Made by a program: the position numbers and the translations under genes. Positions 41,184 through 53,577 of a stretch of DNA of 64,000 nt are shown here, in pieces. The notes beneath the pieces are model-generated. The model searched no databases. It saw only the letters and a list, made by a program, of their open reading frames with translations, and was not told the DNA's origin. This stretch comes from a plasmid. Every line of letters starts with the position of its first letter. Position 1 is the stretch's first letter. The DNA lies in the sequence record NZ_CP040393.1; one strand, given 5' to 3'.

Positions 41184-41728
41184 TCACCATATCAGTCCGT
41201 TATACGTCCGATGTTAACTGGGTTATGAGCGGTAAATCCAGAATTACGCTCCAGAACAGAAAACGATTATCCAGGACAGATATAAGCAAGGTGATACCCT
41301 GAATAATATCATCAGAATGTTCGACAAAAATCATTATGCTATTATGCCATGGTCAGCCACACCCGATTTACTGTAGCGACAGACATTCGGATTGATTTCT
41401 GTGATCTTCTATCACCCTGGCAACGTAATTCATCTGAACGTCGGCTGTGTGCCAAATACGGATATTATCCAGATTTCTGCCGAGCCCCACATGCCGGTTT
41501 ATGCCGGTTAGGATTTTCCTCATTTTCCGGAAATCATGAACTAAGACCTCGAAAATTGCCAGGAAATGGCCCCTGTTTAACATATAACCCCTTCAGTGCC
41601 TTAACGACACCGCCAGTAATAATCCATGACGATAATTACCAGGATGATACCGGCGACCCCTGCAACCCCTGCGATGAATTCACTCATGCTCAGCCTCAAT
41701 GTAACCGGAATAAAGACGGGTTTTTTAT

Positions 41729-42316
41729 TTATGCAGGGACATCACGCAGCCGCATAATGGTCTGCCGGGACGTACTGAATTCCCGGGCCACGGCGCTGAC
41801 ACTTGCGCCAGCGTTCAGTCGTTCGAGTGCACTTTTCCGCTGTTCATAGCTCAGTGACGGGGGGCGGCCAAAGCGTTTACCCGCAGCCCTGGCGCGGGCA
41901 ATGCCGGAGTGTGTCCGCTCGATAAGCAGGTCGCGTTCAAATTCCGCCACCGCCGAAATCACCTGCATGGTCATCTTTCCGGCGGGACTGGTGAGATCAA
42001 CCCCGCCCAGCGCCAGGCAGTGAACCCGGATATCAGACACCGCCAACAGCTCCACTGTCTTTCGTACATCCATTGCATCGCGACCCAGTCGATCCAGTTT
42101 GGTGACAATCAGCACATCGCCATTTTCCATGCGGTCAAGCAGCCGGGCAAAACCGGGACGTTCGCTGGCGGCTACTGAGCCGCTGATTTGTTCATCAATT
42201 AACCGCTGCGGTCTGACGCTGAAACCGGCGGCTTCAATCTCCCGGCGCTGGTTTTCCGTGGTCTGCTCCAGGGTGGACACCCGGCAGTAGGCAAAAACGC
42301 GTGACATAGAAATCAT
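41729..42316 (-). CDS. Serine recombinase (DNA invertase/resolvase family, Hin/Pin/TnpR-like)
   Basis: [10 protein letters not shown] catalytic motif, [10 protein letters not shown], and C-terminal HTH ([19 protein letters not shown]). Confidence 0.8.
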   Translation of the reverse strand: MISMSRVFAYCRVSTLEQTTENQRREIEAAGFSVRPQRLIDEQISGSVAASERPGFARLLDRMENGDVLIVTKLDRLGRDAMDVRKTVELLAVSDIRVHCLALGGVDLTSPAGKMTMQVISAVAEFERDLLIERTHSGIARARAAGKRFGRPPSLSYEQRKSALERLNAGASVSAVAREFSTSRQTIMRLRDVPA

Positions 42317-42516
42317 CTCTGTTCGAAAGGGATGTACGAATCATAAACCATGTACGAAATTAAAATAACTCACTTTTGGACACGTATGGGGAATAATGTC
42401 CGAAACCGGTCGTTTTCGTACGTAAAGTATCCATTGAAAGGTTATGGGAATAAGCGTAGAAAAGTACACAATTCAGGCGGAGCAATTATCTCTTAAATTT
42501 GCAAAGGAGAACGACC

Positions 42517-42645
42517 ATGAGTCTTAAACCAGGTCCAAAACGTATTGCCGAATCAACAGGGGAACCGGATAAACGACAGCGCGACAATAAAAAAACGCCG
42601 GGAAATACTGATAAACTGAAACCGAGTAAATCCTCAAATAAATAA
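42517..42645 (+). CDS. Small basic hypothetical protein (42 aa)
   Basis: Strong Shine-Dalgarno sequence (AAAGGAGA) 7 nt upstream, immediately followed by a canonical terminator. Confidence 0.25.
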   Translation: MSLKPGPKRIAESTGEPDKRQRDNKKTPGNTDKLKPSKSSNK

Positions 42646-42657
42646 GTCTGTAACTCA

Positions 42658-42682
42658 AAGCCCTGCGGGGCTTTTTTTTGCC
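42658..42682 (+). terminator. Rho-independent terminator
   Basis: aaagccctgcggggcttttttttg: a 6-bp GC stem with tgc loop followed by T8. Confidence 0.6.
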
Positions 42683-43358
42683 TGCCACTTACACGGATTT
42701 ATCATATAACACCTTACACGCCCTGGCCGATCGGCGTTCATCGCCGGAAAGCTCCCTGACCCAGGCAGTAATTTCCTCCAGCAGTGACGGGTTGTCGTTC
42801 AGGCAGGTCAAAAATAGCCTTAACGTACAATAATATTCGATATCCAAACTGACCCCTAGCTGACTGGCCGGTCAACCGGGTCAGCGAACTGCTTCCCTGG
42901 CGCATAGCACTGCCAACTGAATAACACATCCCCGTCAATACGGCCCTCGCTGTACGCTTACATACAAGTAACCATAGTCATCTTTAGTGATTTATAAATC
43001 AGATTAATTTCAATTACATGTAAATCACATACCTCATTATTTAAATAATAATTCGTTTTTTTTGAATAAAAAATCACCTTATTGATTAGTATTTTTGATT
43101 GTGTTCCATCATGCATGATTGAAACTTTCAACACCCTCTGATTGATAGGTAAAATAGATTTATAATGAGTTATCTATAAATTTCACCGATCAATTTTATA
43201 AAGAATTACTAATGTATGCCGATATAGACCAATGCCTCTCAATGTTGATGTAACTGAGGTTCATTTAAGGATTAGCAAAAGGCAGAGTAGTCGATGGATT
43301 ATGCATCTTCTATCTCAAGTGACCTGCTCACTCAGACAAACAAGTTGATGGAGATAAC

Positions 43359-45017
43359 ATGAATATTACACGTAGGCTCTTTCTGGCATTTTCACTTCTT
43401 TCAGTAGCACTTATTGTTTTATTGACGGCATCAATTTTTATAATTAATGGATTTCAAGACCGATTTCGTAATGTGCAAGAAGATACAATTCCCTCAATTA
43501 CGCAGCTAGGACAGATGGAGGCAATAAGTAATGAATTGACAATCTGGATGTACAGACATCAAAGCCAGACAGATATCAGTAAGTTGCAACCAGTGGAAAT
43601 GTCGATACAAAAAAAAATCGAGGAGCTAAAAACACTTACACAAAATTATCTTAAAAATCAGATCTCTAATGAGGAAGACCGAGAAATAACTCTACATGCT
43701 ATAGACAATATCCGACAATTAGATGAAAAGTTACCTGCCTTTCTGGAAGCATCAAGAGCCCACAATGATGCGTTATCTTTGGGACTTCTGCAGCAATCAG
43801 ATGGGGTTGGTGCTGTAATTCGAAACTTAATAAATGATTTTCACAAGCAGGTGCAACTGAATGTTGAAATAGGTAAAACACTGCGGGCAACGAATCGACA
43901 GATCTACAGTTCAACAGTTTTGTGGATGCCACTGGTTGCCGGTTTCAGTATATTTTTACTTGGCCTGCTTGCGATCACGACAACCCTCAATATCCGAAGA
44001 AAACTTAACAATATGATGGAGGTTATGAAGAAGGCCAGCGATAACCTTGATTTAACAATTAAGGCTGATGACAGCAGGCTTGATGAAGTCGGTCTGACGG
44101 CAAAGGCATTCAATGAACTCATTACTCGTGTGCACGATACGCTGCTTTCTGTCAGTAATGCATCTCATTCTGTCAGTTCAGCTGCTTCCCAGATAGCTGC
44201 CGGTAACGAAGACCTTTCATCCCGAACGGAGGAACAAGCTGCATCATTAGAGCAAACAGCGTCAAGTATGGCACAGCTGAGCGAGACAGTAAGAATGACA
44301 GCTGATAACACACACACGGCAAATCTGTTGACGGAAAATGTACGAAAACTATCAGAAAGCAGCTCTGCAAGAGTACATACGATGCTTGAAACGATGACAT
44401 CCATGCGCAGCAGCTCGTCAAAAATCACGGATATCATTGGTCTTATCGAAGGTATTGCATTCCAGACAAATATTCTGGCGTTGAATGCTGCTGTGGAAGC
44501 GGCCAGAGCAGGCGAGCAAGGAAGAGGATTTGCTGTGGTTGCTGGCGAGGTTCGTAACCTTGCCCAAAGATCATCAACCTCTGCGCGTGAAATCAAAGAA
44601 TTAATTGAAGAGTCATTATCACTTATCGAAGCGGGTGCATTACAAGCCGAAGAGGTGGGTGAAAACATGGCTCAAATGAACGGAGCAATACAACAAGTTA
44701 CTGCCCTGTCGGGTGAGGTGGCTACTGCGACAACCGAACAGACTCTTGGGATCAATCAGGTCCACCAGGCTGTATCCCAAATGGACGATGTCACACAACA
44801 AAATGCTGCATTGGTTGAACAAGCTTCAGCTGCGTCACAATCTCTGATGGAACAAGCTACTTCACTAAGAGAACTAGTAAATGGATTTATCCTTACGAGT
44901 GCTTTCAATCTGGAACAGAATACAGTTGTGAAGCCTAAATCAGCGATATACAAGAAAAACAAACGAGATGATGCGCCGAGCACAGTGACGACCGATGCTG
45001 AATGGGAAAGTTTTTAA
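43359..45017 (+). CDS. Methyl-accepting chemotaxis protein (second copy; four-helix-bundle-type periplasmic sensor), low GC
   Basis: Two transmembrane segments, HAMP domain and the same conserved MA hairpin ([48 protein letters not shown]). Confidence 0.85.
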   Translation: MNITRRLFLAFSLLSVALIVLLTASIFIINGFQDRFRNVQEDTIPSITQLGQMEAISNELTIWMYRHQSQTDISKLQPVEMSIQKKIEELKTLTQNYLKNQISNEEDREITLHAIDNIRQLDEKLPAFLEASRAHNDALSLGLLQQSDGVGAVIRNLINDFHKQVQLNVEIGKTLRATNRQIYSSTVLWMPLVAGFSIFLLGLLAITTTLNIRRKLNNMMEVMKKASDNLDLTIKADDSRLDEVGLTAKAFNELITRVHDTLLSVSNASHSVSSAASQIAAGNEDLSSRTEEQAASLEQTASSMAQLSETVRMTADNTHTANLLTENVRKLSESSSARVHTMLETMTSMRSSSSKITDIIGLIEGIAFQTNILALNAAVEAARAGEQGRGFAVVAGEVRNLAQRSSTSAREIKELIEESLSLIEAGALQAEEVGENMAQMNGAIQQVTALSGEVATATTEQTLGINQVHQAVSQMDDVTQQNAALVEQASAASQSLMEQATSLRELVNGFILTSAFNLEQNTVVKPKSAIYKKNKRDDAPSTVTTDAEWESF

Positions 45018-45071
45018 GGGAATTAACGTCGTGCTTAAAGCGTGACTTAAGCAAATTATAAGGATGAGTGA

Positions 45072-45407
45072 ATGTCCATAAACCCGGAATACTTGGAACG
45101 ATATAAAAGTGTCATTATCGAATTTGAAAGTTTGTGTGTACTTCTGAAACAGCTTTCGTCCTGTGATTATAATGACTTTTCGATATACGTTAACAACTTA
45201 ACTCACCTAAGAGATCGCCAACAAGCTATCACAAAAAACTGTTCTGAACATGATTTCTGGGAATGGTTGAAATCCAGAGATACAGATTTAAGTTGTAATA
45301 TTATCGCAACTGGCCTGGCTTATCGGATGGTCGATAATTTGCTAGTAAATCTACTTACAAATATACAGGCATTAAAGAGAAGTAATATTGCGCAAGATTT
45401 ATTCTAA
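45072..45407 (+). CDS. Hypothetical protein, possibly co-transcribed with the upstream MCP gene
   Basis: 111-aa low-GC ORF 55 bp after the MCP stop with a GGATGAG-like ribosome-binding site. No motif recognised. Confidence 0.3.
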   Translation: MSINPEYLERYKSVIIEFESLCVLLKQLSSCDYNDFSIYVNNLTHLRDRQQAITKNCSEHDFWEWLKSRDTDLSCNIIATGLAYRMVDNLLVNLLTNIQALKRSNIAQDLF

Positions 45408-46048
45408 AGAATATTAATTTTATGATTCTGAGTTTGGTTGCGATGAATAATCTCATCTGAAAACACTCAGAACAAAAATCGAACATATTAACTTAGGACG
45501 TTTTTATGATTTAAAAAAGAGAATGAAATAGTTGTACAACATGTCGGTCGGCTTTGATCATGGAGCCGACTAGATAGTGGCATCATAAATTCAACATTAA
45601 AATACTTAAAAACACAAGTTCCTTATACTGAACCGTATACGACGTTTATCGAAAAAAACGTTGGTTACGCGGCTGTGTAAAAGCAGATCATAATATTGAA
45701 TATTTCAAGCCTGTTCCTTACTAGTTTATTTAAAATGTATCATTCCATACGCATATTGAATTTCTACCCTCCCCCTTTGCTCAAGTCTACTTTTCAGTCA
45801 AATTGGACAGAGCGCATATTCTCTCCAGTTCTGATGGTAGTTGGGATCTGACCTGATAGGACTAGTACTGTAAAAGTGGCGTTATACCGTGTCGCGCGGA
45901 CATTTTTATGTAACCGATTGGCCGATACCATTCAGTACTTTTGTCCTGATAGCATTTGTCTTACTGCGCGCCCAGCGTCAGAAATGTTTGCAAAGCTGGA
46001 AAATGAAAGCAGTGGCTTTCTGGATAAGTTCTGGTTTCCGGATACAGG

Positions 46049-46501
46049 TCAGCCTTTCTGTATTTTCAGGCCGTCCAAGCCGTCCTGAAGAATATTTCGC
46101 GTGTGGTTGTCGTTGGCTGGCATGGTGTTGACCTGGCCTCCCGGCATTTGCGTTTCCACCCACATATCCGCCCATACTTTCACGCCATCCGGCTGCTGTC
46201 CTATTGTGTAGTGCAGGACTGCGATCGGCGGAGTGCTGTAGCTGTTTCCGATTAGTACCTGAGTCATGATCGCGCCATTTCCCTCCAACCGTTTCTTACA
46301 GGTGACTTCGTTTTCACTGACGCTGGTCATGGCTCCGCCGTTATTGCATCGTGTCATTAAGGCATTGCGTACAGCCTCAACGGTTGCGCCGGTATAAACT
46401 CCTTCCGGCTTGCCGCTGGCAGTGTTTTTGTGAAGCGGTTCCTGCGTTGCACATCCTGCCAGGATAAGCACTGCGGCTGTGGTGACGGTAAAGCGTTTCA
46501 T
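46049..46501 (-). CDS. Hypothetical lipoprotein
   Basis: Signal peptide ending in the lipobox ILAGC. 150 aa. Confidence 0.5.
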   Translation of the reverse strand: MKRFTVTTAAVLILAGCATQEPLHKNTASGKPEGVYTGATVEAVRNALMTRCNNGGAMTSVSENEVTCKKRLEGNGAIMTQVLIGNSYSTPPIAVLHYTIGQQPDGVKVWADMWVETQMPGGQVNTMPANDNHTRNILQDGLDGLKIQKG

Positions 46502-46884
46502 GGGCTCTCTGCCTCTCGTTTGTTGTGATCAAATCCCTCACGCGGGACCAGGCTGTCAGCATGTTATCGTCAGGAATGGTGAAAACATTTAGCAGGAATA
46601 CAGGCAGGTCACGACGATATACAAAAATGCTGTCCGTCCTGGACATTTCGGCACTATCGGAAAAAATGTCCAGTAAATATGTTGGGCGATCGTATTTATT
46701 TTTCTTGACCTGCAACGCGAACCTTGAGTTTTTTTCTGAACGGCCGAGGGGCTGGACATGTCCGCCGGGCGCATCAACATGTCACATTTGGGTATGCTTA
46801 TCGTGAGCTGCAGAACTGTTGCAGGGATCGGGGGTACACCCGTCAAATGAACCACTCATCTGTTACCCCTGCAACGGTGACCAC

Positions 46885-47664
46885 TTATAAGTGACCTTTC
46901 AGCAGGGCCACGGCATCCGCGCCGGGCATCTGGAACTGCACCCGGTGCCGCGCCGCGACATCGAGCGCAAACACCTTTGTGTAGATTTCCGTCGAACTGA
47001 TACTTTTGTGCCCCATCAGGCTCTGCAGCACCTTCAGCGGGATACCGGCGTACAGCATGTGCATGGCATAGGAGTGACGGAACGTGTGCGGCGTCACCGG
47101 CACCGAGAACGTGACGCCGTCGGCCGCAGCGGCGTCCACTGCTTCATTGATCCACGTTCTGGCCGTCCGGTCGGTGATTTCCCACAGGCGGGCCTTTTCC
47201 GTCCGGCCGGTGCGTTTGTTTTTCCTTTCCAGCGGAATTTTCAGGGTGGCCACCATCATCTCCAGCTGGCTGACGTACTGGCTGTCGGACAGCGGAACCA
47301 GCCGGTGAGCCTGACTCCCGGCCGGTGCACGGCCTGCCGTTCTGGCCGCTTTCTCCGCACGCTGTTTGAGTGTCGCCAGTTGCACGAACGGGTACTGCGC
47401 CGCCAGGGTAAAATCCCCCCGCGTCAGGGCCAGCGCCTCGTTGATGCGCGCACCGGTATTCCACAGTGTCGCCAGCAGCATCCTGCGGTGCAGATCCGGT
47501 ACATAGTGGAGCAGGGCGCTCACCTCCGGGGCGAGCAGGTATTTCGGCAGCTCATCATGCACAAGGGCCATCTGCCGCAGCGCCAGCGCCGCCGGATAGT
47601 CGATGGCAACCGGTAAGAGAGCGGAAGGTGCCGGATGCTGCCCAGGGGTAACGAGTCCGGTCAT
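46885..47664 (-). CDS. Tyrosine site-specific recombinase (phage-integrase/Xer family), 259 aa
   Basis: C-terminal catalytic signature HTFRHSYAMHML..G.PL..LQ.LMGH.SI.ST.IYTKV (R...HxxR...Y) with an upstream ARINEAL (box I Arg). Confidence 0.8.
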   Translation of the reverse strand: MTGLVTPGQHPAPSALLPVAIDYPAALALRQMALVHDELPKYLLAPEVSALLHYVPDLHRRMLLATLWNTGARINEALALTRGDFTLAAQYPFVQLATLKQRAEKAARTAGRAPAGSQAHRLVPLSDSQYVSQLEMMVATLKIPLERKNKRTGRTEKARLWEITDRTARTWINEAVDAAAADGVTFSVPVTPHTFRHSYAMHMLYAGIPLKVLQSLMGHKSISSTEIYTKVFALDVAARHRVQFQMPGADAVALLKGHL

Positions 47665-48482
47665 CAGGATTTCTTTCCGGCTGGAGGTATGTACAGTGCT
47701 GACGCAATAATTTCCCGGTTTTCCTCGGTGCGCCAGTTACCGAAATAGTCCAGTTCCAGGCGCAGGGACAGGTGTGCAGCCTCTATCAGGTCAGACACTT
47801 TCTGCAGGGCATTCTGCAGTTGTTGTGGAGAGATAGTGATCGGCACATCAAATTTATTCACGCCGTTACGGTGTACCAGGTCGTTTCGCCAGCCTGCAAT
47901 GATGCCCAGTGGCTCAACTGGCCAAGCAGGCGGAATGTGGAGTACGGTGCCGAAATAGTGCTTAATCGTTTTGTCGTTATGAAACGTCATGCTCGCAACA
48001 ACCCTCCTTGCAACAGCGCGGAACCTGGAAAGCGGCATCTCTCGGGCAGCCTTCTTCTCTTTCTTTTCTGCTTTGGCAAAAGGCATGTAATACTTTTCAA
48101 AGTATCTCTTGAGCGGCCAGTCATGCTCCAGCAGTGCCCTCGCGCAGTACATAAGGTACGCCTCCATGACCGTCACGGCATGGACTAAAGACATCCTGTA
48201 GACCAGTTCAGGCTGCTCTTTATCGAGCAGGGCATATAGCTTCTTCAGTTCCTGATTTGCATGCTGGTAGCGCTGCTGAATATTATTCAGGGAAGCCACA
48301 AACAGTCCGTGTTCATGATCCCACTGAGCCTTGTCTGCAAGTGCCTCCTGCTCCCAGTAATACAGGTTCGCGGCCTGCTCCCATTCTTCAGAGTCGGGGA
48401 CAATATCCGGGAAATTTTCTTCAAGCCATTCATCTAACCGTTCAGCTTCCAGATCCTGCATATATTCCTTCATGCTACCCAT
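47664..48482 (-). CDS. Hypothetical protein with a C-terminal Rx4H (HEPN-like) motif, translationally coupled to the tyrosine recombinase
   Basis: 272-aa acidic, helical protein. The motif WRNDLVHRNG (R-x4-H) lies in the C-terminal predicted helical domain. Its stop overlaps the recombinase start codon by 1 nt. Confidence 0.4.
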   Translation of the reverse strand: MGSMKEYMQDLEAERLDEWLEENFPDIVPDSEEWEQAANLYYWEQEALADKAQWDHEHGLFVASLNNIQQRYQHANQELKKLYALLDKEQPELVYRMSLVHAVTVMEAYLMYCARALLEHDWPLKRYFEKYYMPFAKAEKKEKKAAREMPLSRFRAVARRVVASMTFHNDKTIKHYFGTVLHIPPAWPVEPLGIIAGWRNDLVHRNGVNKFDVPITISPQQLQNALQKVSDLIEAAHLSLRLELDYFGNWRTEENREIIASALYIPPAGKKS

Positions 48483-48534
48483 ATTACTGTGACCTCTTAT
48501 AGTGCCTGACTAAATGAGAAATCCCGCCCGCCAT

Positions 48535-48837
48535 TTAGTCAGCCCGGAAATATCTGAAAACGCTGATCCCCAAAAGGATTATGGTGCGAGTTTCACCCAC
48601 TGTTATTTCAGTTGCCATTTCAGGCAGCGGATACCAGCGTTCGGGGGAGTTAGCTCGTATTTCCCATTGTTCGGTTGAATTGATCCATCGCGCTAACTCT
48701 TTACCTTCATGGTCCAGAACATGAAACAACGGGTATCCAAAGTTTGTCGTTGTGTGAAACCAAATTCGCTGCTCGTCAGAGAGTTCATCCCATAAACCGG
48801 ATAACCCGGTGTTTGATAAGTCAGTGCTTTGAGTCAT
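48535..48837 (-). CDS. Hypothetical protein
   Basis: 100-aa ORF. No motif recognised. Confidence 0.25.
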   Translation of the reverse strand: MTQSTDLSNTGLSGLWDELSDEQRIWFHTTTNFGYPLFHVLDHEGKELARWINSTEQWEIRANSPERWYPLPEMATEITVGETRTIILLGISVFRYFRAD

Positions 48838-49224
48838 AACTTAATCCCCTCGTTAATTATCCCGCCCTGAAACCTTCCCCGACATCATCCTTTCACTGTG
48901 CATTATCGCCCATAGTGATAATAACCAACATAATAATAAGCAGGAATATAACCACTATGTTAAATTACCGGATGGCCTTTCCGGTCAGATCCGACTTTCT
49001 GACGTATAACAACTTTCCGGAAGTGTACCACGCACACGGAATAAGCAAAGCGGCCTTTTTCCGCCCTGCGGGCCGGGTCACGGGGAAGAGGCGGAACACA
49101 ACATATAGCGTCATATTCAGCTGCAAACACCGCTACATCTTGTTTCATGGGGCCGTTGCAAGCCGGTGCGGCGTGCGGAGATCCGGGACCACCGCTTTTC
49201 GGATCTTGGGAGGAGAGAATAGAA

Positions 49225-49322
49225 AAATGTACGGTTAACACTGTACAATATACGTAACAAGCCGTACAGTTACGGTAACTGCCGTACGTTATCGGCTCTG
49301 GCCGTACACCAACAGGAGAGTC
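49225..49322 (+). promoter_or_regulatory. Iteron-like or operator repeats upstream of the RHH-domain gene
   Basis: Near-palindrome TGTACGGTTAACACTGTACA (49228-49247), followed by three direct repeats of GCCGTAC(A/G) at exactly 20-bp spacing (49262, 49282, 49302). They end 16 bp before the ATG at 49325. Confidence 0.45.
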
Positions 49323-49324
49323 CC

Positions 49325-50200
49325 GTGGAAAGTAAAGATCAGCGCCTTGAAATTCGTCTTCCCCAGCAACAGCTCACGGACATTGATGACATTATCGCGT
49401 CCGTGGATTCCGGTTTTAAACCGACGCGCTCGGATGTGGTCCGGTCCTTTATTGCCCAGGGTATCGACCGTCACCATGGCCGCGTCGGGCAGGTTCAGGA
49501 CACGATCCCGCTGGGCCAGCGCATCAGCCTTTTTTTCCAGATCTGCCAGCAACAGCAGATGGCGTATGCCAAGAGCGGGAGACCCGTTCCCGTACTGGGG
49601 CGCCACTTCAATAACAATCACAATATCACTGCAGAAGCACTGGTTCGCCAGGCCTATCTGCAGCGTATGTTCTGGTTCTTTGAACTGGACCGCAGCAGCC
49701 TGGCGGCGTTTGACGCGAACCTGACCAGTGATGAGATCCTCTCCCTGATGCAACCTGAGCCCAGCCAGGACGTCTGCGGGGAAGTGGCCCAGGTGGCCCT
49801 GACCCTTGAGATGTTTCGCGAGATTGGCGCTGTACGCCAAAAGGCCGATCAGGACAGCCATTGCACGGATGTTCAGGATAAAATTAGCATACTGAAGCAT
49901 TATGCGTCGCGCCGCCGTATTCCCCTGAATTTTGGCGGCTACCCGGAGTCCTGGGGCCGCCACAACCAGATAGCCGCCCTGATGCAGTGGATTGATGAGG
50001 GGAAAGCCGGGAATTATACATGTGAAGGTTACGGTGGTTATATCAGAACACAGCACAATGATGATCCGGATGCGGGCCGCCAGTATGCTCTGATGGTGCA
50101 GGTCTATGAGGACATCGTGCGTGAACGCCGGAAACTGGATCTCGAGGGGCTGATGGCTATGGTTCAGGACCGCCAGCTTGATTTTTTAGGGATGGACTGA
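49325..50200 (+). CDS. Ribbon-helix-helix (CopG/Arc-like) DNA-binding domain fused to a ~240-aa uncharacterised C-terminal domain (possibly YfbU/UPF0304-like)
   Basis: The N-terminus KDQRLEIRLPQQQLTDIDDII......KPTRSDVVRSFIAQGI has the beta-strand plus two-helix RHH pattern. The C-terminal part has weak resemblance to YfbU (GY..Y.R....DDPDAG). The antisense ORF 49289-50056 was judged spurious. Confidence 0.5.
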   Translation: MESKDQRLEIRLPQQQLTDIDDIIASVDSGFKPTRSDVVRSFIAQGIDRHHGRVGQVQDTIPLGQRISLFFQICQQQQMAYAKSGRPVPVLGRHFNNNHNITAEALVRQAYLQRMFWFFELDRSSLAAFDANLTSDEILSLMQPEPSQDVCGEVAQVALTLEMFREIGAVRQKADQDSHCTDVQDKISILKHYASRRRIPLNFGGYPESWGRHNQIAALMQWIDEGKAGNYTCEGYGGYIRTQHNDDPDAGRQYALMVQVYEDIVRERRKLDLEGLMAMVQDRQLDFLGMD

Positions 50201-50330
50201 TAACGGTTCATGTCATCAGTAACAGCAAAGGCCATACCCATGTGGCCTTTACTGCAGTATTGACGAGCTAACTGTTACCAACGATGCAAAACTGATCCAC
50301 CCCAGCGGTTGAAAATTGATCCAGGGGTTA

Positions 50331-52160
<1,830 letters not shown>

Positions 52161-52250
52161 ACAAGGTGGATCAATATTAAACCGTTGGTGGTGACGGTAA
52201 GTGGATCACTTTTTACCCGTTGTTGACACTAACTGAAAAGGATCAAACAA

Positions 52251-53381
52251 ATGCAATCCATTGACCTCAACGTCTCCCTGCCACCGGGAGCAAAAGAGAA
52301 ACTCGCGGATGGTTCATTGCGGATTATCGGCGCCGTTGTCCAGGACACGGCAAAAGGGAGAATAGTGGCGAATCTGAAGACCGTCGTGAAGGAGGAGAAT
52401 ACCGATTACACCCCGGCTTTATTTGTGGCTATACAGAATGAAATTTTCGTATCGCAACAACTGATTTCTGCACAGATTAGCGAAGGCTTTCGCCGCCTTG
52501 AGGACTCCGTATCACAGGCTTACAGGCAGCTTGAGGGAAAAATAGAATTCCAGACAAACATAGAAATGGGGCAACTGGTCGGGGAAATTAACCACTTTTT
52601 CCTCCGTTACGAAACGTTGAAATCCGGGGAGAAGGAAAAAGCTGACAGGATAATGGAGGCGGGCGGACTGTTAGCGGCCAGGCTTGCCGGAATGACCGAT
52701 GTGTTGATTAACGATTATTTTGACACCGCAGAGATAACCTATCGCTGGAGCCGGGATACGTTGAAAAAAAGTTATAAGGACTACCAGGCAAGCAGTTGTT
52801 CCACTTACAGTCATTCCCATCAGTACTTCCATGTGGAGAACATTACCTACCCCGATCTGCGGCAGACACGGGTACAGCAGTTCATTCCGGCACTGATTGA
52901 GATCATGAATCGACTGAACATTATCTCTGTCTGTTTCTTTCAGGAGCTGTTTATGGGTTATGAGGAAACCCTGAAGACTCTGCGTTCCAAGTTAATGGAC
53001 ACTCTGAAAAGGCTGGTATTCGGATTGGATGTCAAAAACCCGGAATATGACGACTATGCCCAGCGGGTTTTTGGAAAAGATAAAGACGGAAATTGGATTC
53101 ATGAAAATGAAGCTGACAGGCTCTCACAACATTTTCCTGAGTTTTCAAGGAACAACCTGGGAGCCCGGGTTTTTCATCAGATAATCCATACGCAAGGTGA
53201 CTGGGCTCTGGTCAGCAGCGTCAGAGAGGTGCTCAACATGATTGCCAATGTGGATAACCTCCTGATGAGGGGAGAGGATCTTGAACGTGGAGCCATATTT
53301 GACTCTGAATCAATAGCGCTGCTACGCGAAGAAACATTCCCCACGCGCCGAAATACGCTTTCACTGGCAGATAAAACATAA
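52251..53381 (+). CDS. Hypothetical protein (376 aa), directly abutting the IS100-like right end
   Basis: Long ORF of ordinary composition with no recognised motif. Its start codon is ~23 bp from the IS end, so its native promoter or 5' end may have been displaced. Confidence 0.35.
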   Translation: MQSIDLNVSLPPGAKEKLADGSLRIIGAVVQDTAKGRIVANLKTVVKEENTDYTPALFVAIQNEIFVSQQLISAQISEGFRRLEDSVSQAYRQLEGKIEFQTNIEMGQLVGEINHFFLRYETLKSGEKEKADRIMEAGGLLAARLAGMTDVLINDYFDTAEITYRWSRDTLKKSYKDYQASSCSTYSHSHQYFHVENITYPDLRQTRVQQFIPALIEIMNRLNIISVCFFQELFMGYEETLKTLRSKLMDTLKRLVFGLDVKNPEYDDYAQRVFGKDKDGNWIHENEADRLSQHFPEFSRNNLGARVFHQIIHTQGDWALVSSVREVLNMIANVDNLLMRGEDLERGAIFDSESIALLREETFPTRRNTLSLADKT

Positions 53382-53577
53382 CCTGCTCTGGCTGAATGAT
53401 CTATACAGGAAGGAGCCTTCCGTGAGTTAAATGCGAGGTTCCGGACTGACATGACCCTGGTATTACGATGCTGCCCTGTAAAACCCATGGCGAAAGTTTG
53501 CGGGCTGTTTGGACCATGTACAAGGTCAGTTTTTACCGATGCAGTAGCGCACGGCAAGAACTGAAGCCCGTTTCAGT

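Noticed and set aside
45876-46131. 70-80 aa plus-strand ORFs upstream of the lipoprotein gene
   Set aside because: They overlap each other and the convergent lipoprotein gene 3' end. They have no RBS and look like random ORFs in an AT-rich spacer.
49289-50056. 255-aa minus-strand ORF overlapping the RHH-fusion gene
   Set aside because: The plus-strand ORF has a recognisable RHH fold pattern and an upstream operator array at the correct distance. The minus-strand translation is Leu/Arg/Gly-rich without structure.
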